From the IMG/VR virus record IMGVR_UViG_3300046323_000360, positions 32,192 to 96,191 of that record: a stretch of 64,000 nt of DNA; one strand, written 5' to 3'. Origin of the DNA: a virus. Below are positions 46,774-54,850 of the stretch, piece by piece; the stretch's first letter is position 1; each line of letters opens with the position of its first letter. A model generated the notes under the pieces. That model was not told where the DNA came from and did not search any database. It saw only the letters and a program-made list of their open reading frames with translations. The translations under genes were made by a program, and so were the position numbers.

Positions 46774-47109
46774 CTAGACTTTTGTCTTGGCAAACTCCGT
46801 GATAGTTTCGCCCTCGTATTCGTATTCACCCGTGTCGGCGTTTACGATTACAGTTGGGTTATCCATCCAAACATCGTCATTGTCTGCGTAGTTGTCAATC
46901 CCGAAACTCAACTCGCCATCGTAGTTGCCTAGTTTGGCGAACTCAAAGAATAGTTGAGCCGTGAGATAGGTAACATCTCCAATGCGCCCCGTGCGAGCCA
47001 AAACATTACGCACGGCAGTTAGGTTGTCGTCACCTGACCAGTGACCATAAAAAGTTATCGGTGTTGGAAAAGCCTCTGCCTTTACAACAATCATACTGCG
47101 GTCGCCCAT
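46774..47109 (-). CDS. conserved phage hypothetical protein
   Basis: MGDRSMI...YGHWSG motif. Confidence 0.7.
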   Translation of the reverse strand: MGDRSMIVVKAEAFPTPITFYGHWSGDDNLTAVRNVLARTGRIGDVTYLTAQLFFEFAKLGNYDGELSFGIDNYADNDDVWMDNPTVIVNADTGEYEYEGETITEFAKTKV

Positions 47110-47274
47110 TTCAAATCCCTTTCATCTGGCTACTGCGCTTCACCTGATACTTCAACATTACCAGCATTTACACTCCAGCGCAACATCTGGCAAATCCCGT
47201 GTCTAGTGTCAGAAAAAATAAATACAAATCCCGTATAAGAAAAAACGCTGGCGACTTCTCACCAGCGTTATTCC

Positions 47275-47568
47275 TTAGTTGATTAGGTTGTCAATGTCGA
47301 AGTGAAACTTTTCTGGCAGGTTCTCTTTTGTCCAAGCAGAAAACTCTTTGTATTCTGCCAAGATTGCGTGTCCCTTTGCCATAATGTCTGACATTTCGGT
47401 AATGATGTAGCCAATAATCTCTGGCGTTAGTTCAATGTCCTTATGTCCAATGTATGCCTGTAGCCCCTCAATGCGAGCGTCAAGACCCATTTTGCGTTTG
47501 CTGATAATGTCGCCTGTAATCTTGGCGACCTGTAAGTTCAGCATTAGGTTTTTTTCGTTTTTACTCAT
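47275..47568 (-). CDS. hypothetical protein (leaderless)
   Basis: TAGAGT-N6-ATG at 47568. Confidence 0.65.
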   Translation of the reverse strand: MSKNEKNLMLNLQVAKITGDIISKRKMGLDARIEGLQAYIGHKDIELTPEIIGYIITEMSDIMAKGHAILAEYKEFSAWTKENLPEKFHFDIDNLIN

Positions 47569-47678
47569 ACTCAAACTCTATCCCAACCCTGTGACATTTT
47601 GCTAGAACCTTTTGGCAAGTGTCAGAAAAAATAAATACAACCTCGGCAAAAAAGAAAAAGTGCCTTTCGGCACTTTCA

Positions 47679-47912
47679 CTACTTGCGGTTTAGCAACTCC
47701 GCTTTTTCGTTGTGGTTGCGAACGAATACAGACTCCACCGCTACGGCTTCGTGTCCGCGCAACTGCTGAACCTGACCAGCCGTCAAAAAGTAGAACCTGC
47801 GAACGAGTCCGTCTTTGTATTCGGCGAGCGCGGTTGTCGCAAGCGTTTGAGTGCGAAAGGTAGCAACTAGGCTATCCGCGCCGTCATACAGAGCGTAGGC
47901 TTTAGGCTTCAT
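47679..47912 (-). CDS. hypothetical protein
   Basis: Likely start MKPKAY overlapping upstream gene end. Confidence 0.55.
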   Translation of the reverse strand: MKPKAYALYDGADSLVATFRTQTLATTALAEYKDGLVRRFYFLTAGQVQQLRGHEAVAVESVFVRNHNEKAELLNRK

Positions 47913-48267
47913 CGTCCTCGCCGTCCTCGTCAATGAACACAATCTCAAGTTTGGTAACGCGCTCGCCCCAGCCGTCAATCTCGCGCAAGGTAGCATACAC
48001 AGGATAGTATCCGTCACCCAAGCCTGTCCGTGAAACTACACCCGCGCCTGCCGTTCCACCGTCAAACTCCAACTGACCGATAGGGTGCTTGTGCTCCGCT
48101 AATGTAGTAGCGCACGCCCCGCCGTATGAGTAGTGTCCAATGTAACCCTCGCCGTAGCCCTCTTTGCCCCAGCCGTCGAGGTAGCCAGGGTCGGTAATCA
48201 AAATCTGTCCGCTATCAACCGCGCAATAGCCGATACAAACTGTCCGTTCCGTGTATGTGTTAGCCAC
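47902..48267 (-). CDS. DUF4241-like protein
   Basis: IGYCAVDSGQILITDP...TGLGDGYYPVYA. Confidence 0.7.
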   Translation of the reverse strand: MANTYTERTVCIGYCAVDSGQILITDPGYLDGWGKEGYGEGYIGHYSYGGACATTLAEHKHPIGQLEFDGGTAGAGVVSRTGLGDGYYPVYATLREIDGWGERVTKLEIVFIDEDGEDDEA

Positions 48268-48269
48268 GC

Positions 48270-48401
48270 CTACGCCTTTCCTTGTAGTGCTAGTGCGAAC
48301 CAATCTTCGAACGCCGTGTCGCAATCCTCGCATAAAGGGTGAACCGCGCCGACAGGTGCTTCAATCTCCGTGTCGCACTTATAGCAAGTTGTCTGTTCCA
48401 T
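48270..48401 (-). CDS. small Zn-ribbon protein (43 aa)
   Basis: CYKC...CEDC; fills the gap in a short operon. Confidence 0.5.
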   Translation of the reverse strand: MEQTTCYKCDTEIEAPVGAVHPLCEDCDTAFEDWFALALQGKA

Positions 48402-48405
48402 AGTT

Positions 48406-48690
48406 CTAACTTACCACTAAGTCGGCGTATTCGTCAAGTGCTTCTGGCGTGTCTGGAATGGTGTGTCCAGCCATACGAAATCCAGCCTCGATGATTAGGC
48501 TGTGTGGTTCAAAACCTAAGGCGTGTGCCACAATCTCAAGAAACTCTGACGAGATTTCCTTTTTGCCACGCTCAACTTCTGACAGATAGCCAAGAGCAAT
48601 AAAGCCTTTGTCTGACAAGTCGCGCAACACCATTCCACGACTTAGGCGTGTTTCGCGTAGCACTTCGCCAAGAGCGTCTTTGAATAGCAT
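48406..48690 (-). CDS. ClgR-like XRE-family transcription regulator
   Basis: LGEVLRETR...LRDLS...LGYLSEVERGKKEISSEFL closely follows the actinobacterial ClgR pattern. Confidence 0.82.
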   Translation of the reverse strand: MLFKDALGEVLRETRLSRGMVLRDLSDKGFIALGYLSEVERGKKEISSEFLEIVAHALGFEPHSLIIEAGFRMAGHTIPDTPEALDEYADLVVS

Positions 48691-48885
48691 TTAGTGTTCC
48701 TCTCCTTTTCGTGTTTCGTATCAAAACTCTACCAGCAACCTATGACATTCTCCAACTTCGTATTAGCGTGTTCAAAAGTTAGCAGAAAAAATAAATACAT
48801 TCGTGTTCCCCTGAAAATAGAGAAGTCGCCAACGAACCCGAGGGGGGGGGTTCGCTGACGACCTCGTGTGTCTGACCTCTGGGGG

Positions 48886-49275
48886 TTAGATAGTCAGAAC
48901 CTTAGGTGACACCTTGCTTGGTGGTAGCAAGAATGTAGCAAGCATTTCTGGGTGGTTCTTGGTGATGAAGTCCAGCATAGCCTTAGCGTCATACTTAGGC
49001 GTGTCAGAGGGCTTATCGTAACGAACCTTGACAAGACGCTTGCCCCTTGCGTCTGTGCCAATGACAGTAACGCCAAAGTCAAGTTCGCCCAGAACAATCT
49101 CACGAGCAGACTTGATGTTAGCGTCAATCTCTTTTTCGAGTAGGTGTGCCTGTGCCAAAGCCTTTACAGCCTTTTGCGCCTTAGGCGTGATTACGACCAG
49201 AGTTTCCTCGGTGGTCGCAGTGAGGTCGCTAGTAGCAACCTTAGCGGTGGTGCTTGGTTTTGTTTTAGTAGCCAT
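48886..49275 (-). CDS. hypothetical protein, distant member of family A (leaderless)
   Basis: TTGCGA-N17-TAAGGT-N7-ATG at 49275; Thr/Ala-rich N-terminus, YDAKAML..NHPEM tail. Confidence 0.65.
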   Translation of the reverse strand: MATKTKPSTTAKVATSDLTATTEETLVVITPKAQKAVKALAQAHLLEKEIDANIKSAREIVLGELDFGVTVIGTDARGKRLVKVRYDKPSDTPKYDAKAMLDFITKNHPEMLATFLLPPSKVSPKVLTI

Positions 49276-49388
49276 ACCTAAAACCTTAGCAGGTTGTTTC
49301 GACATTCGCAACTCCTCGCAGAAAAAAGTCAGAAAAAATAAATACACGCTGGGGGAAAAGAAAACCCAGACTTTCGTCTGGGCGTTTC

Positions 49389-49601
49389 TTACCAGAAAAC
49401 TGGAATAGGTTTTTTCTCTGTGTCAATGGATAGGACTTTCCAAGAGTCCACTCCCCAGAGCAATCCGAGTTCTGAACCGTTGTCCCACTTGACGCGTAGA
49501 ACGCGTCCCCAAATGTCATTGGTTTCGCTGACAACAGTTCCCAAATCACCGGGCTTCAAATCCGTGTGCTTGTCCGTTGTGTGTAGTAGTTGGATACGCA
49601 T
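49389..49601 (-). CDS. DUF4314-like protein
   Basis: LKPGDLGTV...VKWDNGSELGLLWGVDSW. Confidence 0.75.
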   Translation of the reverse strand: MRIQLLHTTDKHTDLKPGDLGTVVSETNDIWGRVLRVKWDNGSELGLLWGVDSWKVLSIDTEKKPIPVFW

Positions 49602-49605
49602 TGCT

Positions 49606-49869
49606 CTACTCCTCTTCGTCTGTGTAGTGTGCGTCAATCTCTGTAAGCGAGCCGAGTTCATAACTGTCGCAGTAGTAGCACTCGCCGTCACTATCCGCTG
49701 GCATTGGGTGGTTGTTATCTACGAACCACGCCGCCCACTCTGATAGGTCATACTCACGCACCGATTCAATGTATTCATCAAAGTGGTCGTCCAAGCCAGC
49801 CGTGTCAATAATGGTAATACCCTCGGCACTGCCCCACGAGCCGTCCTCGGCAAAAAACATCTTAGCCAT
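49606..49869 (-). CDS. acidic hypothetical protein
   Basis: FFAEDGSWGSAEG.. motif; GGAGGAG RBS. Confidence 0.65.
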   Translation of the reverse strand: MAKMFFAEDGSWGSAEGITIIDTAGLDDHFDEYIESVREYDLSEWAAWFVDNNHPMPADSDGECYYCDSYELGSLTEIDAHYTDEEE

Positions 49870-49978
49870 TAGTGGTTCTCCTCCGCATCGCAACCTTGGT
49901 CAAAGCACTCTTCGCAATAGCCGTTTCCCAGCAAGCCGTCCGTAACCGAACAGGCTTGGCACTTACATTCTTTTTCCA

Positions 49979-50203
49979 TTAGAAAACCATTTCTCCTAGA
50001 ACCTTGCCGATACGAATGCGAGCCTCGTTGAGAATGGCATACTCGTCACTGTCCTCGCCAATGATGTCAGCGACAATCGGCATAGCCTGTTCAATCGCAT
50101 ACTCGGCTGTTTCAGTTGGCACTTCTAGGTCTGACTCGGCTTCAGCAATCTTGGCAATCAAGCCAGACAGAAGCAAAACATCTTCTTTCAAATCCCGTTC
50201 CAT
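49979..50203 (-). CDS. acidic helical hypothetical protein
   Basis: GAAAGGA RBS. Confidence 0.65.
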   Translation of the reverse strand: MERDLKEDVLLLSGLIAKIAEAESDLEVPTETAEYAIEQAMPIVADIIGEDSDEYAILNEARIRIGKVLGEMVF

Positions 50204-50544
50204 TTGTGTCCTTTCTTTGGGGTCTTATCAAGTTAGCAGTTTATTGAGTTGTTGTCAAATCATTAGTCATAATCATCATAAAAAATAAATACATAGTCAT
50301 AAGGTGGAAAAGCCACAGGGAAGTTTTCTGGTTAGCGTTCGCGCTTTGGACAAGTCCAGTCGGCTACTGACATTCAGGTTATCCCTGTGGCTGTTCCGTG
50401 TTTAGCGACACTGCTGTCGGTTTTCCTAGCAAAATGGTCAGTTTCTAAGCATAGTAGCGGAGTCTAGAACACTCCTACACCGCAACTGATTTACAGCGTC
50501 CCTCGGGGCAATCCGTGCTAGGGAAGTCTTTATTTAGTTCTAGG

Positions 50545-51537
50545 TTACACGCTTGCCGTTTCTGTGTCAAGTGGCTTCTCCTCATTACAGAATACGCAGG
50601 AGAACCCGACCTGCTGGGTCGTGCCGTCCACTAGTTTGCTTAGAGGCACAAACTTGTGTTCGCAGACTTTGACTTTAGGCTCGCCGTCATTCAGCGTAGG
50701 GAACAAACGCTCGCCGTTTTCATTGGTAACAAAAATCGCCGTGTTGTCCTCTTGTAGTTCCATTTGCTCGTCAGGGTCATTGTCCTGTGCGAGTTCCCAA
50801 GCGTTCTCTGCCGTGTTGGTGCGAACCTTGTAGGTCTTGGTGACAACTACATAGAAGTCCTGCTCTGGGCGTGGGCAGTCCTCATACCAGTCGTCTTGGT
50901 CGTCAGAGTGTTCGCAGGGACACTCGCGGTCACGCGCAACATAGTCGGCGTGGCAATCAGGAATGTCCCACTCCTCCGTGGTAATCAGAGAACGCTCGCC
51001 CTCGTCGCCGTCAGACGAAGTAAACTTCACGCCCCAGCCCTGTTCCTCCTCGCACTCAAAGTCGAAGTCCAGAGTCGGGTGCTGTTCGACCATAGCCACG
51101 AAGACAGGTTCAGGAACAGACCACGCAGTTTCAAAAGTAATGTTGGCAGAGGCGTTGCCCTTGTCGTCCTTACTGATTTCGACATTCGGGCTACCAGCGT
51201 CCCACTTAGTTCCCCACTCACGAATGTTCCAGTCATACCAGCCATTGCCAGTAAACTTCAGGTCAAACGCAAACTGCTCCTCTTTAGTCCAGCCCTCGTA
51301 TTCATCTGGCTTCTTGCCGTGTGCGTCTGCGAAGTAGGCTTCCTTGTCCTCTGGCTCAATGAAGTTCCAGAATGAGAATGGGCTTTCGTTCATAGCGTCC
51401 TTGGTTTCATTCTCCTTGGTTTCGGAGTTCCAAGTGGTGTGCTTGGTTGGGTATTGCTTCCCAGCCTTTTCCACGAACGCAGTAATGTCTGCTTCTGTTC
51501 CAGACACTCCTACATAGTTGTAAACCCAGTTTGGCAT
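50545..51537 (-). CDS. DUF1281/Api92-like ferredoxin-fold protein
   Basis: MPNWVYN...WYDWNIREWGTKWDA...FETAWSVP. Confidence 0.75.
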   Translation of the reverse strand: MPNWVYNYVGVSGTEADITAFVEKAGKQYPTKHTTWNSETKENETKDAMNESPFSFWNFIEPEDKEAYFADAHGKKPDEYEGWTKEEQFAFDLKFTGNGWYDWNIREWGTKWDAGSPNVEISKDDKGNASANITFETAWSVPEPVFVAMVEQHPTLDFDFECEEEQGWGVKFTSSDGDEGERSLITTEEWDIPDCHADYVARDRECPCEHSDDQDDWYEDCPRPEQDFYVVVTKTYKVRTNTAENAWELAQDNDPDEQMELQEDNTAIFVTNENGERLFPTLNDGEPKVKVCEHKFVPLSKLVDGTTQQVGFSCVFCNEEKPLDTETASV

Positions 51538-51796
51538 TTGATTTCCTTTCGTTGCCTTAGTTCAGGATAGCATACCTTCAATCAACAAGCAACTACTAAT
51601 CAAAAGTTTTCTCTTTCTTTTTTTCAGAAAAAATAAATACTCCCCTCGAAAATACCGGGCGAAGCGAAACCCCCGACCAGTGAAAGGAGTTGGTCAGGGG
51701 TTTCTAATCTGGTGGTCAGTAGCACTTCATTGGGCTATGCGCGGAGAAAGGAACGGAACAACACCGCGCCCTGACCACCAGACTTCTTGGGGCTAG

Positions 51797-53659
51797 TTAG
51801 AAACCAGCCGTTGCTTTTTCCAGAGCCTCGCTCGCTGACTTTCCAATCAGGGTCGCAATGTTGCTTGGCTCTAGTCCGTCAAGCAGAACCGCGTGAGTTC
51901 CCTTGATAATCTCACGAGCGTTCCAACGCTCGCCGTGAACCTTGTCTGGGCTAATCCAGAGAACAGCCACGCCGTTCTTTTCGCAAGCCTTGACAGCCTG
52001 ACGCGCGTTCTCGGTTTCAACATCTGTATAACAGCCGTCCGATACGACAACCAACATACGCGCACCGCGTCCGTAGAGCAGGTCAAGTGTGCCGTCCAGA
52101 GCCGAGAAACCCTTGCCAAACTTTTCTGTGCCGTCCGTTGCCGAATAGACGCGAACCTCGTCCAACTTCTGTCCGACCTTTAGAGTGGCGAACACATCAT
52201 TGCCGTAATAGACCATAGCGGTCTTGGCTTGAATACGCTTGCCAGCCTCACCAAGAACCCACGCCGTAGTTGCCATAGGGTTCATAGCCGAACCCATAGA
52301 ACCGCTAATGTCCACCATTACGCCGATAGACAGAGTTGGCTCGTCCGTGTGCTTGCGAACCTTGTGTTCCCACGCAGGGTTCTTGCTCATAATGCCCTTG
52401 CTCTCTAATGCCTTGTTCTGAACAAGAGCGCGAGAACGCAGACGACCTGCTGGCAGTTCCGAGCGAATAATCGTCAAGTCGCGCTCGCGGTATTTTGCCT
52501 TGTCCAACATCTGCGCGACTTTGACAGAGGCAATGCGCTCTGCCGAAGTTGGCTTGCGAACCTCGACCAAGCGAGAGCCAGAGCGAGAGGAGGGCATAGT
52601 GGTCGTGCCTTTGCTATCGCCATTGCTCTGCTCAAAAACTTCTTGGGCAGTTGCCTTGTTAGAACGAATAATCTTTTGGGTCTTGGCGCGTTCTTTGGTT
52701 TCCTTATCCCAATCCTCTTGGGTCTGCTGGTCGCCCAGAGCGTTGCCAGTTGCGATAGCAGTTTCCATTGCGTCCTCTGCCAGAGCCTCAATGAGTTCGA
52801 CAATAAAGTTGCCCTCGCCCTCGCCCTCGCCCTCGCCAGAACCAGAGCCAGCGATAACAAAGCCACCCTCGCCCTCGCCAGTTTCCTCGCCCTGTTCCTC
52901 GGCGCGTTCCTTTAGCAGTTCGACCCACTTGGTAGCCAGCGCAATGCCAGCCTCTAGGTCGCCTGTCTTGTGGCAAACGAGAGCCTGAAAGTCAATCCAG
53001 ATTTCGCGCAACTTGGCAACTAGGTCTGGGCTAAGAACCTCAAGAACCTTTTGCTCAACAAGCAGAATGTCGCTTGTTTCAAGAACGCCAGCGTCCACGC
53101 GAGCCAAAGACAATCCTGCTAGGTGAGCAGTTGCGAAAGTCTTGGTCATTTTTTCAAGGTCGCCCTCGCTAAGGTCGCCCAGAGCAAGTTGTAGAGCAGA
53201 GGCGCGTAGGAACAACTTGTTCTCTGGCATACCCTTTGCCCCTAGACCCTCAATGCGACTTTCCTCCAAGAGCATAAAAGCGTCAATGACCTGCTTGTCT
53301 TGAGTCAGAGTTTCAAGATACTCAATGTTCCAAGTGGTGTGCTTGGCGTGTAGTGCCTCGTGATAGATAACCCCTGTTGCTTGTGGAAACTCAAACTGCT
53401 GGTCGCGCTCGCGGAGGTCGCCAACCATTGTTGGCGTAGTTGCCTTGCCAAAGGCAATAGGCAAGTTGATTTCGATTTCGGCGGTATCGCGGTAAAATGC
53501 GGCGAGTGCCTCTCCATTTACAGCGTCAATGCCAGCGTAAACAACTAGGTCAGTTCGACCTGCCCAATCGTTTGCGACCTGTCCAATCTGGGCGCAGGTG
53601 TGTAACCATTCGCGCGGAGTTTCGCTTTTGCGTTCCGCAATCCTTGAGTAGTGAGCCAT
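51797..53659 (-). CDS. vWA-domain protein with N-terminal HExxH domain (CobT/MoxR-partner type)
   Basis: YHEALH...LEESRIE; MIDAS VDISGSM and VVSDG. Confidence 0.85.
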   Translation of the reverse strand: MAHYSRIAERKSETPREWLHTCAQIGQVANDWAGRTDLVVYAGIDAVNGEALAAFYRDTAEIEINLPIAFGKATTPTMVGDLRERDQQFEFPQATGVIYHEALHAKHTTWNIEYLETLTQDKQVIDAFMLLEESRIEGLGAKGMPENKLFLRASALQLALGDLSEGDLEKMTKTFATAHLAGLSLARVDAGVLETSDILLVEQKVLEVLSPDLVAKLREIWIDFQALVCHKTGDLEAGIALATKWVELLKERAEEQGEETGEGEGGFVIAGSGSGEGEGEGEGNFIVELIEALAEDAMETAIATGNALGDQQTQEDWDKETKERAKTQKIIRSNKATAQEVFEQSNGDSKGTTTMPSSRSGSRLVEVRKPTSAERIASVKVAQMLDKAKYRERDLTIIRSELPAGRLRSRALVQNKALESKGIMSKNPAWEHKVRKHTDEPTLSIGVMVDISGSMGSAMNPMATTAWVLGEAGKRIQAKTAMVYYGNDVFATLKVGQKLDEVRVYSATDGTEKFGKGFSALDGTLDLLYGRGARMLVVVSDGCYTDVETENARQAVKACEKNGVAVLWISPDKVHGERWNAREIIKGTHAVLLDGLEPSNIATLIGKSASEALEKATAGF

Positions 53660-53791
53660 TTCCGTTCCTTTCGTTTATGGCTTGTATTTTGTTGTAGTCC
53701 TAGTAAAGCAGTTTTTGGAGAGCGTGTCAAGTTGATTTTGAAAAAAGTTTTTTGACACGCTCTCCCTGCTTTAGCGAAAGGACGAGAAACG

Positions 53792-54808
53792 CTAAATCTT
53801 TGCTGGCTTGACTTCCTCACCAAAGACGCGAGTGAAAACATCTGCCACTACTGGGCGGTCATTTTCAGGCGCACCTGCGAGCAAGTTAGCAACAGCCCAC
53901 TTAGTTCCAAAGGTCTTGGAAAGGTCGCGGAAAGCAAGTAGTTCGCGCATTTGTGGCGACCAAGAAACCTCACCCGAAACCTGCTTCTTAGACAAGTTCT
54001 GGCTGGCAGTAATCATTGGGGCAGATACACCCAACTTCTTAGCCAATCCCCAATCAGTAGTCATTTCGACCTGAATGGTGAAACGCGATAGCAGAGCCTC
54101 TGACAAGCGAACCCCAGGTGCGTTTGGGTTAGTTGCGCCAACAACATAAAAGCCCTCTTTGGCTTTGATAGTTCCGCGCTCTGGGTTCTGGGTAATGGTC
54201 AGTTCACCGCGTCCGTCCATAAGACCATAGACAGCAGACATAACCTTTGGGTCAATCAGACCAACCTCGTCAATCAAGAGAGGACGACCCTGCTCAACAG
54301 CGCGAACCAATGCGCCGTCAATCCACTCAAAGCCACCAGACGGAGTTTGAACATAGCCACCAATGAAGTCTGAAAGTTCGGTGTCGCCAGAGCCAATAAT
54401 GGTTTCTAGTTCGTCACCAAAAGCACCCTCAACGAGAGCAGTTTTTCCACAGCCCGGTGCGCCATAGAGCAAAACAAACTGGTGAGCCTCACGCGCTTTG
54501 CGTAGAACCTCAATGTCGGTGTGTTCGCCCCAACCACGCGAGTAGTAGTCGTGACCATTCGGGCGAGCATACTTCTCTGCGCCCTTGAGTGCGTCTGTTT
54601 CCACTTTTGCCTTGTCTGCTTGTTTGTGGGTCGTTGGCTCTCCACCCCTATTACGAAGTGTAGCACGACCAGCAGTAGGCATAAGGCTGTCAAGTCCAGC
54701 AGGAACAGCAGTAGGGTCAAGTTGCTGAATAGCAACTCCATAGACCAGAGCCGAAAGGTCTGGGTAGAGAGCGTCAATGTCGTTCTCGACAGGGGCAATA
54801 CTTGTCAT
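53792..54808 (-). CDS. MoxR/CbbQ-family AAA+ ATPase
   Basis: GAPGCGKT, LLIDEV, ATNP, LSEALLSRF. Confidence 0.9.
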   Translation of the reverse strand: MTSIAPVENDIDALYPDLSALVYGVAIQQLDPTAVPAGLDSLMPTAGRATLRNRGGEPTTHKQADKAKVETDALKGAEKYARPNGHDYYSRGWGEHTDIEVLRKAREAHQFVLLYGAPGCGKTALVEGAFGDELETIIGSGDTELSDFIGGYVQTPSGGFEWIDGALVRAVEQGRPLLIDEVGLIDPKVMSAVYGLMDGRGELTITQNPERGTIKAKEGFYVVGATNPNAPGVRLSEALLSRFTIQVEMTTDWGLAKKLGVSAPMITASQNLSKKQVSGEVSWSPQMRELLAFRDLSKTFGTKWAVANLLAGAPENDRPVVADVFTRVFGEEVKPAKI

Positions 54809-54850
54809 TTTGTTTTCGTCCTTAGTTAGTTGGTTTGTTGCTATAAGTGA

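Noticed and set aside
34306-49691. Long N-terminal versions of cassette ORFs in the track (starts 34668, 35072, 38369, 45205, 49347, 49691)
   Set aside because: They run through the promoter/motif region or an upstream gene; shorter starts have a proper RBS or leaderless geometry
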